NCBI GenBank assembly: GCA_015520605.1
Contig: WAPT01000001.1
Span: forward strand, 5,428 to 69,427
Direction: 5' to 3'
From: Nanobdellati archaeon
GTDB lineage: Archaea > EX4484-52 > WAPT01
DNA length: 64,000 nucleotides
Positions 46,244-57,006 of the stretch are shown here, piece after piece. The stretch's first letter is position 1; each line of letters starts with the position of its first letter. The position numbers were made by a program, and so were the translations under genes. A model generated the notes under the pieces. The model had not been told where the DNA came from. It did not search any database and worked only from the letters and a program-made list of their open reading frames with translations.

Positions 46244-47920
46244 ATGCCTACAATAGAGGTAAAGAGGGATGATCTTGAAAGCCTTATAGGTAGGAAAGCT
46301 TCAAGCATCGAGGAACTGGAAGAGTGGCTGATGTGGGCGAAAGCAGAACTTGATGGTGTAGATGACAACATTCTCAAGGTTGATGTGAAGGACACGAACC
46401 GCCCGGATTTATGGAGTGTGGAGGGTATAGCGAGGGAGATAAAGGGAAGGCTGAAAATAGAGAGAGGTCTTCCACAGTACAGAGTTGAAAGTAGTGATGT
46501 TGAGGTTTTTGTGGATAAGAAGCTTAAGGACATCAGGCCAGCCATAGCATGTGCCATAGTTAAGGGTGTGGATCTCGATGATGAGGCCATAAGGCAACTC
46601 ATGCAGCTTCAGGAAAAGATACACCACACCTTCGGGAGAAGAAGGGAGTACGTTGCGATTGGTGTTTCTAATTTCGATAAGATAAGTCCGCCCATATATT
46701 ATAAGGCCGTAAAGCCGAAGGAGATAAAATTCCCTCCGCTGGGATATGATGAGGAGATGACGCCTGCGGAGATTCTGGAAAAACATCCTAAGGGGCAGGA
46801 ATACGGCCACCTCATAAACGGATTTTCACGCTATCCCATACTTGTTGATTCAAAGGGAGAAGTTATCTCGATGCCTCCGATAATAAACTCAAACACGATA
46901 GGGAAAGTTGATGAGCACACCAGAAATCTGTTTATAGATGTTACAGGGCTGAGATATGAGGATGTTCTCACGGCTCTCAACGTTATGGTGACCGTGCTCG
47001 CTGATAGAGGGGGCAGGATACACTCTGTCGTTATTCATAGTCCAGACGGAGATATAACAACTCCAGACCTCACCCCAAAGGAGGTGGTGGTGGATGCTAA
47101 CAAAGTGAGGGAGATACTGGGTGTTGAGATTTCGGATCATGAAATAGTTGAGCTCCTGAAGGATGCGAGGTATGATGCAGAAGTTGCTACGGAGGGCAAA
47201 ATTGTTGCGAGGTATCTCCCCACAAGGAACGACATTCTTCACTGGAGGGATGTTGCAGAGGATGTTGCAATAAGCTTTGGTTACAACGACTTCCTGCCGG
47301 AAGAGGTCAGAATAGGAACAACGGGCGAGCTGAGCAGGAGGGAGCTTCTATCTGATAAGATAAGGGAGCTGATGATAGGCTACGGGCTGCAGGAGGTGAT
47401 GACATTCACCCTCACCAACAAGGATGTGCTCTTCAAAAAGATGAACAGGAAGGAGGAAGATGTGGTGAAGATCGCAAACCCCGTATCCTCCAGCTGGACA
47501 ACAATTAGGAACGCAATACTGCCCTGTCTCATTGAATTTTTATCACGAAACACTCATGTTGAATATCCCCAGCGTGTATTTGAGGTGGGAGAGGTTGTTG
47601 TAATAGATCCAAGTGATAAGGAAAGCGGCACGAGGACCAAAAGACATCTTGCAATAGCCATAGCCTCAAGTACGGCATCCTTCACCGAAATAAAGGAGAT
47701 CGTTGATTCATTCGCAAAGCAGCTCAAACTCTCGTTCGATTACGAGGAGACCGAGGATGGTGCTTTTCTGGAAGGGAGACGCGCAGCAATAATGCTTGAA
47801 GGAAAAAGGATAGGAGTTATGGGCGAGGTGCACCCCGCCGTGCTGAACAACTGGGATATCGAAATGCCGATGGTAGCAGCTGAGATTGATCTGGAGGAGA
47901 TCTTTAGGGTTCTGAAGTAG
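46244..47920 (+). CDS. pheT: Phenylalanyl-tRNA synthetase beta subunit (archaeal type). The start is set at the ATG after the pheS stop.
   Basis: The B3/B4 N-terminus is 'MPTIEVKRDDLESLIGRK'. The 'GVMGEVHP' C-terminal region and the 559-aa size fit. Confidence 0.9.
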   Translation: MPTIEVKRDDLESLIGRKASSIEELEEWLMWAKAELDGVDDNILKVDVKDTNRPDLWSVEGIAREIKGRLKIERGLPQYRVESSDVEVFVDKKLKDIRPAIACAIVKGVDLDDEAIRQLMQLQEKIHHTFGRRREYVAIGVSNFDKISPPIYYKAVKPKEIKFPPLGYDEEMTPAEILEKHPKGQEYGHLINGFSRYPILVDSKGEVISMPPIINSNTIGKVDEHTRNLFIDVTGLRYEDVLTALNVMVTVLADRGGRIHSVVIHSPDGDITTPDLTPKEVVVDANKVREILGVEISDHEIVELLKDARYDAEVATEGKIVARYLPTRNDILHWRDVAEDVAISFGYNDFLPEEVRIGTTGELSRRELLSDKIRELMIGYGLQEVMTFTLTNKDVLFKKMNRKEEDVVKIANPVSSSWTTIRNAILPCLIEFLSRNTHVEYPQRVFEVGEVVVIDPSDKESGTRTKRHLAIAIASSTASFTEIKEIVDSFAKQLKLSFDYEETEDGAFLEGRRAAIMLEGKRIGVMGEVHPAVLNNWDIEMPMVAAEIDLEEIFRVLK

Positions 47921-47928
47921 TAAAAAGC

Positions 47929-48141
47929 TCATTCATTCATCATTTTTCCTCGGGACTTAGAAGAGCTCTTACCATTCGGAAGCACATCCTGAAGTGCTTT
48001 CAAAAGCTCCTCAGCCTGATGAATATCGAGAAACACTCTGCAGGAATCTCCGAACTGGATCACATAATCATACCTCATACCGTTGTACTTTCTCACCACC
48101 ACCTTATCAACATTGTCGAGAAGCACTGAACCTCTAAACAT
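47929..48141 (-). CDS. Small hypothetical protein (70 aa)
   Basis: This is an ORF only, directly downstream of the GH130-like gene. No motifs were recognised. Confidence 0.25.
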   Translation of the reverse strand: MFRGSVLLDNVDKVVVRKYNGMRYDYVIQFGDSCRVFLDIHQAEELLKALQDVLPNGKSSSKSRGKMMNE

Positions 48142-48229
48142 GGATTATCCCCGCAGTTAGGAAGGAAGCGTGCAAAAATTATTAAAGATTCCTTCAGGCT
48201 ATGTGCTACGCTTGTGTGGTTATTGTGTC

Positions 48230-49375
48230 TTACTCCATCCTTCCTTTGTCCAAGATGTGCATAAGCTCATCGAGAGGTATCCTTGCGATACACGCAAAGG
48301 AATCTGCTGCTCCGTAGGAAATCAGAATGCTGTCATCAACTTTAACGGCTCCGCAAGGGAAGATGGTGAGGGAATTATCGCCGAAGAGTTCGTAGGGCTC
48401 ACGCGGGCTCATTATGTAAAAAGGTGTGATCGCCTCCACTTCCATATTATTTCTGTTCATTAACATCGCGAACACGCTGTATCTCTCCAACTCCCTCTCC
48501 ACCGCATGAAGAAAGATCAGGAGCTTCCCGTCAATTTCAAGCGGAGGTGTTCCCCACCCGACCTTGTCCTCAAACCTCTCCTGCAGCAGTATTTCTCGAG
48601 TGTTCTTAACTTCAATCTCCTTTAGCCCTGAAGAGTTGAAATCGATTCCATCAACACCGCTCACTAACATGGAAAATCTACCCCTAAGATCGTGGGCTCT
48701 GTGAAAGAACATTACACCGTCTTTACTTCTCACAAAAAATGCATTTTTGTTGGACACAATACCAAGCTTTCTCGTTGATTCCTCCCCGAAATCGGTTGCG
48801 AATTTTTTCACCCATTCACCTTTCTCGAGTACTGCGGTAACCGGTATTGTTCTTCTAAGGGCTCCCCGAATAAAATAATTGTGAGTCCTGCCCGTGTAGG
48901 TCATTAGGAGTTTGTTGTCCATCCAGTAAACCCTTGGATCCTCAGCACCCATCACATCGTATTTGGTGTTCGGGTAGGTTACGATTTTTGCCCTCCATTT
49001 ATCTCCGTTCTTTTCTTTTTGGTCTAGCTCAACAATCCCGCTGACGTATCTGTAGTAGCCAATAACAACCCTCGCATATATTTTGAGGGCATCATCCACA
49101 AGGACTACGGATGGGTTGAATATTGCTGCGGGTCTGGAAACGGGGAAGTTTTCTATCACAACTTTTTCAGAAGAGATCACAACCTCCCTTTTGGCTATAT
49201 CTTTAGTTGTGTTTTCCCTTCTACCTCTTAAATCCAGAAAGGTGGGGAATGCGGATCCGGGAGTGCTTCCATCTTCAGCTTTTAGCCCTCCCATCCTATC
49301 CACGCTTCCATAGCCATAATTATTGTTATAATTTCGTGCACAATATGCTGTACACGAACGTGTTTTGCACACCAC
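48230..49375 (-). CDS. GH130/DUF377-family beta-propeller glycosidase or phosphorylase
   Basis: 'IFNPSVV', 'GAEDPRVYWMDN' and 'KVGWGTPPL' blocks are typical of GH130/DUF377. The start lies 5 nt after the MinD stop. Confidence 0.5.
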   Translation of the reverse strand: MVCKTRSCTAYCARNYNNNYGYGSVDRMGGLKAEDGSTPGSAFPTFLDLRGRRENTTKDIAKREVVISSEKVVIENFPVSRPAAIFNPSVVLVDDALKIYARVVIGYYRYVSGIVELDQKEKNGDKWRAKIVTYPNTKYDVMGAEDPRVYWMDNKLLMTYTGRTHNYFIRGALRRTIPVTAVLEKGEWVKKFATDFGEESTRKLGIVSNKNAFFVRSKDGVMFFHRAHDLRGRFSMLVSGVDGIDFNSSGLKEIEVKNTREILLQERFEDKVGWGTPPLEIDGKLLIFLHAVERELERYSVFAMLMNRNNMEVEAITPFYIMSPREPYELFGDNSLTIFPCGAVKVDDSILISYGAADSFACIARIPLDELMHILDKGRME

Positions 49376-49379
49376 CGGA

Positions 49380-50153
49380 TTATCTTCTCAGGAAACCAAA
49401 AAGCCTAGCGAGTAGTCCCCTCCTCTCAACCGACGGAGGTGTCCATTCAATACCCGCAAGTTTCGCTGCAAGCGCTTTTATTTCAATGGCCGCCCTCGAA
49501 TCCGGAGCGTACAAAACAAGAGGTGTTTTCGCTGCTATGGACTCATCAACTTTGGGTTCTTCCGGAACCATCGATATTACCGGGTATCCGAGCAGGGACT
49601 CGACATCATCCACTGTAAGCTCATGCTGTGTGTTCTTTACCCTGTTGAGCACAACCCCCAAAATGTGTGAGCCGAATTCCTCAGCCAGCTTGATAACCTT
49701 GAGAGCATCAGTAACTGAGGGCAAGTCAGGGTTGGTCACCACCAGCACTTCATCCGTGGCTTCCATCCCGGTGAGTGGTTCCCTTCCAAGCCCCGCAGCT
49801 CCGTCGAGAATGACAAAGTCGTGAGTTCCCAACAGCTCAAGAAGTATCTCAGTCAGTTTTTCTGGCTTGGTCGACTTAAGATCTGATATGGATATGCTCC
49901 CAGGGATTACTTTCAGTCCAGAAGGATGCACGTATATCGCTTCCTCGATGTTGGCCTCCCCCCTTAAAATGTCGTGTATGGTTTTAGGGTAGAGAGGCAC
50001 ACCGAGATGAAAACCGAGGTGAGGGGTCGTAAAGTTACCGTCTATGATTAGAGTGTTCATGCCAAACTCGTTCAGCGCCGCTCCGAGGTTTGCGGCCACA
50101 GTGGTTTTCCCCACACCACCCTTTCCAGAAGCAACACATATGAGCCTGGTCAT
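49380..50153 (-). CDS. minD: MinD/ParA-family ATPase
   Basis: The deviant Walker A reads 'ASGKGGVGKTTVAANLG'. The 257-aa size fits. Confidence 0.8.
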   Translation of the reverse strand: MTRLICVASGKGGVGKTTVAANLGAALNEFGMNTLIIDGNFTTPHLGFHLGVPLYPKTIHDILRGEANIEEAIYVHPSGLKVIPGSISISDLKSTKPEKLTEILLELLGTHDFVILDGAAGLGREPLTGMEATDEVLVVTNPDLPSVTDALKVIKLAEEFGSHILGVVLNRVKNTQHELTVDDVESLLGYPVISMVPEEPKVDESIAAKTPLVLYAPDSRAAIEIKALAAKLAGIEWTPPSVERRGLLARLFGFLRR

Positions 50154-50595
50154 CTCCCATCACCAATTTTACGGATTGTTTAATATATCGAGAGAAAGTA
50201 ATTTAAAAGTAAAAGTCTTCCGCTTGGGCGAAAGAAAACCCTGAGAACAATCTCAGGGAGTATCCAAAGTTTTTTTACTTCGGTAGATAGCAACCCGATC
50301 AGCGCCATTAGAAATGATTTTTCGATAATAATGGGTCGTCGTTTTCGGCCAACATCATTCCCGCAGACGTAGCCATCCACGACTGCAAATAACTCAGCAC
50401 GACTCTCCTTCTGTATTGCAAGAAGATCCGACAGAAGCTCCGACAGCACCTCATGAATTTTTTAGATAATTGTGCGAATGCACTCTAAGCTTTTGGAGAA
50501 AAAGATGCCTGTTCCATATTGGTCAGCAGGATGTGGTCTGTACTGCTTCAGAAGATGTTCCTAACCGCGGGCCACCAAACTTCACACCACACCGC

Positions 50596-51558
50596 TCATT
50601 CCCGAAAAAACACACCCATAGCAATTACCCCAACCAGAACTGCGAACCAGAGAGTTAATGCCCTGAAAACCAGTGTTGCTGCTGTCGCGCTTGCCCTTTC
50701 CATTCCAGAAAGCGAGAGCAGAGATATCATTGAAAGCTCCGCTACACCGATTCCTCCCGGAAGCATGCTGATTACCCCTGCAAGCGTTGAGAGCGCAAAG
50801 ATAAAAACAGCCGAGCTGAGGGAAACTTTAAATGATAGCGCTTTCAAGATGAGGTAAAGACCAAGGCATTCCATAAACCATGATCCCGCGCTCAACAAAC
50901 TCATCAGTAACAAAGGCTTCAAGCCAAACATCCTCTGAACATCTTTGGCAAAATCATTATGTTTTATCCCTTTTCTCCTACGAGCGGGAACTCTGCTCAG
51001 GAGAACCTTGAGGAACATGTTCCTCCTTACAATTAGGACAAAGATCAAGAAGAAAAGAACAACCAATATAGACGCCTTTAGAACTGAAGACAGTAAGCTT
51101 TTGTCATCCCCTATAGTAAGATAAGTAAGATTTCCTCTGGAGAATTCTATTCCAATGGCTCCGATCCCCAGAAGTACAGCCATGGCTATAACATCCGTCA
51201 CCCTCTCCGCAAGGATGGCAAGAACACCCTTCCTCATTTCTACACCGTGCCTCTCCTTTAAAAGGTATGCCTTGACAACCTCACCAAACTTTCCGGGACT
51301 TAAGGTTAAGGATAGACCTGCAAGGAATATTTTAGTGTTGTCAGAGAACGGTACTTTCGCTCCGGCAAGCTTTGTGTAGTAGTGCCACTTAACACTTCTC
51401 AACAGATAGTTGGTCATGCTAAGCACACACACGAGAAGCACCACAGGAAGCTCTATGTTTATTATCAGCATGGATGTCTCATTCCAGTTTGACCAGATCA
51501 GAAGAGAAAGATAAAGGAGAGACGCAGCAACGATAATAAATGATATGCGCATATTCAT
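50596..51558 (-). CDS. Second flippase-like / lysylphosphatidylglycerol-synthase-TM-region family membrane protein
   Basis: The polytopic protein has 'LRSVKWHYY' and a 'GKFGEVVKAYLL' motif, as in the paralogue at 36598-37494. Confidence 0.5.
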   Translation of the reverse strand: MNMRISFIIVAASLLYLSLLIWSNWNETSMLIINIELPVVLLVCVLSMTNYLLRSVKWHYYTKLAGAKVPFSDNTKIFLAGLSLTLSPGKFGEVVKAYLLKERHGVEMRKGVLAILAERVTDVIAMAVLLGIGAIGIEFSRGNLTYLTIGDDKSLLSSVLKASILVVLFFLIFVLIVRRNMFLKVLLSRVPARRRKGIKHNDFAKDVQRMFGLKPLLLMSLLSAGSWFMECLGLYLILKALSFKVSLSSAVFIFALSTLAGVISMLPGGIGVAELSMISLLSLSGMERASATAATLVFRALTLWFAVLVGVIAMGVFFRE

Positions 51559-51763
51559 TCAAACAAGGGTAAAAGTAAATTTTAAATAAGTGTTGACACT
51601 CATTATTACGGTATTATGAAAATGATCAACAGGTTCTGTGCAAGGAATGGTAGAGAGAAGGCTGAGAGAGATCTCGATCTTCTTCTTCTAAGGCTAGTGG
51701 TACTACTACAGTGATCATCTCACAGGTTCCTTCCTGCTAACTCTTCTTTTCACTCAGTTTTGT

Positions 51764-52171
51764 TTGATTTTTCTTAAAAAACTTCCGGAGGTGGTTGTGA
51801 TGTCCTCTCAACATACCTCTGCGGTGGAAAAGGAAAGGGCTGATGGCTGGCTGGATAAGATTTACAGGGAGATGGCGAAGCTTGACCCATACATGAATGA
51901 GGAGGAGATGAGGGAAGCTCTTCCAGAATGGCAGCTGAAACCTATAGCAAACTTTTGGGGATGTCCAAGTAATGGAGAATATAAGAATGTGGAAGAAGTT
52001 GCCAGCCAATGTTACCGTGTTTTTGAAGAAGCGTTCAGCGAGGCGATGAGGTTCGGAAACTACAAAAAGCCTATAAGCGATGTTTATGCATGCGGTAACA
52101 GACTTACCATCTGGGTTGCAGAGGGGCAGAAGCAGATCGTGTTTGAAAGGGAGAACGGCACCATAATTTAA
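51764..52171 (+). CDS. Hypothetical protein. The likely start is the Met at 51800.
   Basis: This is an ORF with a GGAGGTG ribosome-binding site upstream of the internal ATG. No motif was recognised. Confidence 0.35.
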   Translation: MIFLKKLPEVVVMSSQHTSAVEKERADGWLDKIYREMAKLDPYMNEEEMREALPEWQLKPIANFWGCPSNGEYKNVEEVASQCYRVFEEAFSEAMRFGNYKKPISDVYACGNRLTIWVAEGQKQIVFERENGTII

Positions 52172-52216
52172 ATTAATTGATAGCCGACTGTGTAAAAGTG
52201 GTCCGGGGTGGTGAAG

Positions 52217-55063
52217 ATGGTGAATTTCAGAGAAATAGAGAAGAAATGGCAGGAGGTATGGGAAAAGGAAAAGGTATTTGAAGCTGACGTTGACAGCTCA
52301 AAGCCAAAGTTCTTCATAACCTTCCCGTATCCTTATGTAAATGGTGCTCCACACATAGGGCACGGATACTCGTTTTTGAGGACTGATGCATATGCAAGAT
52401 ACAAAAGGATGAGAGGCTTCAACGTTCTCTTCCCGCAGGGCTTTCATGCGACTGGCGAGCCAATAGTTGGTGTGTGGGAAAGGCTTAGAAATAATGATGA
52501 GAAGCAGATAGCCACGTTAAAGAAGAGCGGAGCGACTGATGAGGATATAGAGCGCTTCAAGGAAACTCCCGAGAACATCGTGCGGTTCTGGATGAAGAGG
52601 TGGATGGAAGACCTCAAAATGGTGGGCGCTTCAATCGACTGGAGGAGAACATTTGTTACGACAACCATGACCCTCCAGTACTCCCGCTTCATAGAGTGGC
52701 AGTACAACACCCTGAGAAAGAGGGGCTACATAAAGAAGGGTACCCATCCTGTCATCTGGTGTCCGCACTGTGAAAGTCCTACCGGAGACCATGACAGGCT
52801 GGAGGGCGAGGGAGAAAGTCCTGTAGACTATGTGCTCATAAAGTTCAGGCTTGTGGATGAGGATGCTTTTCTCGTTGCGGCAACTCTCAGATCCGAGACG
52901 GTATTTGGTGTGACTAACATTTGGGTTAAGGAAGATGCTGATTACGTCAAAGCGAGAGTTAATGGTGAAGTATGGATCATTAGTAAAGATGCTGTTCCAA
53001 AACTTGCCGACCAGCTAAAGGAAGTTGAAGTGCTTGAGGAGATCAAGGGCAGGGACCTGCTCGGAAAGAGGTGTGCCAACCCTGTTAACGGTAAACATGT
53101 GCCGATCCTTCCAGCGGATTTTGTCGATCCATCTAATGCAACTGGCGTTGTGATGTCCGTTCCTGCACATGCGCCATTTGATTATGCTGCTGTTATGGAT
53201 CTCCTGAAGGACAGAGATAAGCTTGTAAGATATGGTGTTTCAGCTGATGAGCTGGAACCCATAAGCCTGATAGATGTGAAGGGCTTTGGAAAGCTTCCTG
53301 CTAAAGAAATCGTTGAAAAGACGGGAATAAGATCTCAGACCGAAAAAGAGAAACTTGAGGAGGCAACGAGAAAACTCTACAAAAATGAGTTCCATCTCGG
53401 AAAACTGAAGGAAACATGCGGCGAATTTGCGGGAATGAAGGTCTCAGAAGTCAAGGAAAAAATAGCCGAGTGGTTGAAGGAAAGGGGTTATGCTGACGTC
53501 ATGTGGGAGTGCACTGGGAGAGTTGTGTGTAGATGTGGGACCACATGCCACGTTAAGATCCTCAAGGACCAGTGGTTCCTCGCGTACTCTGATGAGGACT
53601 GGAAGAGGAAAGTTATAGAACACATAAAACGAATGAAATTCTACCCGGAGGATGTCAGGCAGCAGTTCATAAACACCGTAGAGTGGTTGAAAGACAAGGC
53701 ATGTGTCAGAAAAACAGGCCTCGGTACGCCCCTTCCCTGGGATAAGGAGTGGATAGTGGAGACCCTTTCAGATTCAACAATCTACATGGCATACTACACC
53801 ATAGCAAGAATAATAAATGAAAGGAAAATAGAGGCGGAAAAGCTCACAGATGAGGTATTCGACTACATCTTTTTGGGGAAGGGAAATGCCAACGAGGTGG
53901 CAAAAAACTCAGGGCTTGATGTTGAGACTCTGGAAGAAATGAGAAGGGAGTTTGAGTACTTCTACCCAGTTGATCTGAGGAACAGCGGTAAGGACCTCGT
54001 GCAGAACCACCTCACATTCTATCTAATGCACCACATAGCAATATGGGACGGTATGCCTGAAAAGTGGCCTGTTGCCATAAGCGTCAATGGTAGGGTTATG
54101 GTTGAAGGAGAGAAGATGAGCAAAAGTAAGGGTAACATCATTCCGCTCAGAAACCTTGTGGAGGAATTTGGTGCTGATCCCGTTAGGCTCAACATAGTTT
54201 GCTCCGCTGAAGGGATGGAGGAAGCTGACTGGAGAGTTGAAAACATCAAGGGTTATGTGTCCAGGCTTGAATATCTTGATGGCCTTGTGGAATCATTAAA
54301 CGCCATGAAGGGTAAAAGTGTTACAAATGCTGAAAGGTATCTGAACAGCAAGCTTCAGAAGATGATAATTGAGGTCACAAACGCCTACGAGGAAATGAAA
54401 TTCAGAACCGCAATAACGCATGTGCTCTTCTATGGTGTGAACCATCTCAAATGGTACTTCAGGAGAGTGGGATGCATAGAGAGGGCAAATAGGGAGGTTG
54501 TTGAGCGCTTCCTCAAAGCTGTGATAAAAATGCTTTCTCCAATAGCACCTCACTTTTCCGAAGAGATGTGGCACAGAATGGGGGAGAGCACGCTTATAGT
54601 CAGGGAGAGCTGGCCGGAAGCGGACGAGAGCTTAATTAACGAAAAAGCTGAAGTGCTTGAAAATTACCTCGAATCGCTGATGGATGACATCAACAGTGTT
54701 GTGAGGCTTGTCGGTGCAAAACCCGAAAAGGTTAAGGTATACGTTGCATCTCAATGGAAACGTGATGTTTACGCACTTGTTCTCCAAAAGAAGGAAGAAG
54801 CGATGAAAATAATAGGGAACGATGATAGGTTTGCTGAAGTAAGGACCAAAGCAATTGAACTCGCTAAAAATCTTCTCAAAAAATATTATGAACTTGAAAA
54901 GACAATATTATTACAGGAGGATGAACTCGCGATACTTGAGGAAGCGAGAGAATTCCTTGAAAAGGAGCTTGGGTGTGAACTTGAGGTTATGAAAGAGGAA
55001 GATGCTAGCTCAACGAGAGCATCAAAGGCAATGCCTATGAAACCAGGTATAGAGGTGGTGTAA
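52217..55063 (+). CDS. leuS: Leucyl-tRNA synthetase (archaeal type)
   Basis: The HIGH motif is 'PYVNGAPHIGH' and the KMSKS motif is 'KMSKSKGN'. A CP1 editing insertion is present. The product is about 950 aa. The ATG start follows a GGTGGTG ribosome-binding site. Confidence 0.92.
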   Translation: MVNFREIEKKWQEVWEKEKVFEADVDSSKPKFFITFPYPYVNGAPHIGHGYSFLRTDAYARYKRMRGFNVLFPQGFHATGEPIVGVWERLRNNDEKQIATLKKSGATDEDIERFKETPENIVRFWMKRWMEDLKMVGASIDWRRTFVTTTMTLQYSRFIEWQYNTLRKRGYIKKGTHPVIWCPHCESPTGDHDRLEGEGESPVDYVLIKFRLVDEDAFLVAATLRSETVFGVTNIWVKEDADYVKARVNGEVWIISKDAVPKLADQLKEVEVLEEIKGRDLLGKRCANPVNGKHVPILPADFVDPSNATGVVMSVPAHAPFDYAAVMDLLKDRDKLVRYGVSADELEPISLIDVKGFGKLPAKEIVEKTGIRSQTEKEKLEEATRKLYKNEFHLGKLKETCGEFAGMKVSEVKEKIAEWLKERGYADVMWECTGRVVCRCGTTCHVKILKDQWFLAYSDEDWKRKVIEHIKRMKFYPEDVRQQFINTVEWLKDKACVRKTGLGTPLPWDKEWIVETLSDSTIYMAYYTIARIINERKIEAEKLTDEVFDYIFLGKGNANEVAKNSGLDVETLEEMRREFEYFYPVDLRNSGKDLVQNHLTFYLMHHIAIWDGMPEKWPVAISVNGRVMVEGEKMSKSKGNIIPLRNLVEEFGADPVRLNIVCSAEGMEEADWRVENIKGYVSRLEYLDGLVESLNAMKGKSVTNAERYLNSKLQKMIIEVTNAYEEMKFRTAITHVLFYGVNHLKWYFRRVGCIERANREVVERFLKAVIKMLSPIAPHFSEEMWHRMGESTLIVRESWPEADESLINEKAEVLENYLESLMDDINSVVRLVGAKPEKVKVYVASQWKRDVYALVLQKKEEAMKIIGNDDRFAEVRTKAIELAKNLLKKYYELEKTILLQEDELAILEEAREFLEKELGCELEVMKEEDASSTRASKAMPMKPGIEVV

Positions 55064-55064
55064 T

Positions 55065-55898
55065 TTGAAAATTCAGATGCCGAAACATCTGGAGTTTGTG
55101 GAGATCGATAGTGAGGCTCCTGAAAAAATCTTTGTGGATGGAAAGGAGATTATTGGTGATGTGAGGAGATTCAAAGAAATGGCAACGCTTTACTACGACA
55201 ACATGGGGGATTGGGTAGACAACATGGACTTCAACACATCCCTCTACTACATGTTCAGGAACGTGTGCAAGGAGGAAGATCGCGCTAACATCGCTAATCA
55301 CAAGCTGAGGTATGATATCACCATAATGCTTCCCCTCCGCTTTGGTTCCGGGCCAAAGGAATACAACAAGACGGTCGGACATTATCATCCCATAGTTCCG
55401 GGTGCGAGGATCAGCTATCCAGAACTGTATGAGGTTATCCATGGGGAGTGTTACTTCATAATCCAGAAGGTGCGCAACAAATATGAAGTGGTGGATGCGC
55501 TGATTATAAAAGCTGAGAGGGGTGACAAGATCATAATACCTCCCGATTATGGACACGTGATGGTGAACAGCGGAAGGGAGCTTTTGATTACTGCCAACTG
55601 GGTCTCCTCAGCATTCTCCAGCATTTATGAGCCCTACCGGGAGATGAAAGGTGCGTGTTACTACATTCTTGAGGAGTATCTTCAACCCAAGATAGTCAAA
55701 AACGAGGCTTACGACAACGTACCTGAACCAAAAATCGTCAGAAGCAGGGCTCACGAATTTTTAAAGATCGGAAAGGACGAATCCATGTACAGACTGGCCA
55801 AAGAGCTTGAGAAGCTGGATTTCCTCAACCATCCACAAAACCATCCCGCGCACTTTAACCCTTCAGTAATTTTTGAGGTCTTCCACCAGACTTCCTGA
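55065..55898 (+). CDS. Cupin-type glucose-6-phosphate isomerase (cPGI-like) with an N-terminal extension
   Basis: 'TVGHYHP...ELYEVIHGECYFIIQ...IIIPPDYGHVMVNSGRE' matches the cupin PGI metal-binding signature T-x-G-H-x-H...E-x-Y...H. Confidence 0.55.
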   Translation: MKIQMPKHLEFVEIDSEAPEKIFVDGKEIIGDVRRFKEMATLYYDNMGDWVDNMDFNTSLYYMFRNVCKEEDRANIANHKLRYDITIMLPLRFGSGPKEYNKTVGHYHPIVPGARISYPELYEVIHGECYFIIQKVRNKYEVVDALIIKAERGDKIIIPPDYGHVMVNSGRELLITANWVSSAFSSIYEPYREMKGACYYILEEYLQPKIVKNEAYDNVPEPKIVRSRAHEFLKIGKDESMYRLAKELEKLDFLNHPQNHPAHFNPSVIFEVFHQTS

Positions 55899-56108
55899 GG
55901 AAACGGATGCGAGCTTTATCTCAAGTTTTCTGACCTTTTTTTCCAGCCTTTCGAGTCTGCTGGAAAGCTCAAGCAGAGTCACCCAGATCTGTGCTATTGC
56001 CGGTTCCTCAGCATGCTGGTAAACACTCTCATATCTCTGAATTCTTGAGAGAAGAGATACGAGCTGCTTCTTTTTCTCAACATCAAGCTCAGCGACCCAA
56101 TCCGACAT
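55863..56108 (-). CDS. Small coiled-coil hypothetical protein (81 aa)
   Basis: Heptad-like 'LERLEKKVRKLEIKL' repeats are present. It overlaps the 3' end of the cPGI gene. Confidence 0.3.
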   Translation of the reverse strand: MSDWVAELDVEKKKQLVSLLSRIQRYESVYQHAEEPAIAQIWVTLLELSSRLERLEKKVRKLEIKLASVSSGSLVEDLKNY

Positions 56109-56174
56109 GCTTATTTAAATTTTACCCATCTTTTAAATTATTCACCTTCGCTTTCATTTGCAACGTGGTGCTCT

Positions 56175-56951
56175 ATGGAAAAAGGGGACTTTGTGGAAAT
56201 AGAATACACGGGAAGGGTTAAGAGTTCCGGAGAATTGTTTGACACCACTGATGAAGAAGTTGCAAAAAAAACAGGAATATACTCTGAACACACGAGGTAC
56301 GGCCCCATAACTGTGGTAGTAGGAGCTGGACACGTTATAGAAGGGCTGGATGAAGCTCTTCTCACAATGAAGGAAGGCGATAAAAAAGTCATAGAGCTTC
56401 CGCCCGAGAAGGCATTCGGCAGAAGGGATCAGAAACTTGTTAAGGTTTTCTCTCTTGCGATGTTCAGGAAAAGGGGAATAACACCTAGAGTGGGGGAGGT
56501 TCTTTACTTCAATAATGTTGAAGGTAGAATTGTGGGTGTCTCTTCTGGGAGAGTTGTGGTCGATTTCAATCACCCTCTTGCGGGAAAGAGCGTTGAGTAC
56601 GAACTGAAGGTAATAAGGAAAGTTACGGATCCTACTGAAAAAGTTAAGGCCATCTTTAAGTATCACACCTTCATGCCGGATGATGGGTTTGATGTTAAGA
56701 TCGAGGGTAAGAAAGCGACAATTAAGGTTAAGATGATCATTGCAAAACAGATAGCAGATAGGATAAAGGAAGAAATAACGAAATACGTGAAAGAGGTTGA
56801 AAGCGTTGAAATTATAATGGGTGGTGAAGAAGAGAAAAAGGGTGAAAAGAAAGAAACTCGAGCAGATGGGAGAAGCGCCGAGATGCGTGAGGATTCTGAA
56901 TCAAAGGATAATGAAAAATCGAAAAACGAAAAGGAACAACCTAAAACTTAA
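56175..56951 (+). CDS. Long-type FKBP peptidyl-prolyl cis-trans isomerase (SlyD-like, with IF insertion and a charged C-terminus)
   Basis: 'GDFVEIEYTGRVKSSGELFDTT', 'VVGAGHVIEGLDEALLTMKEGDKKV' and 'PPEKAFG' are FKBP motifs. The tail is K/E-rich. Confidence 0.85.
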   Translation: MEKGDFVEIEYTGRVKSSGELFDTTDEEVAKKTGIYSEHTRYGPITVVVGAGHVIEGLDEALLTMKEGDKKVIELPPEKAFGRRDQKLVKVFSLAMFRKRGITPRVGEVLYFNNVEGRIVGVSSGRVVVDFNHPLAGKSVEYELKVIRKVTDPTEKVKAIFKYHTFMPDDGFDVKIEGKKATIKVKMIIAKQIADRIKEEITKYVKEVESVEIIMGGEEEKKGEKKETRADGRSAEMREDSESKDNEKSKNEKEQPKT

Positions 56952-57006
56952 AAATTTAAGACATGATTATAAGACATAATCAATACTCACCGGGGAGTGA
57001 TGCAAG

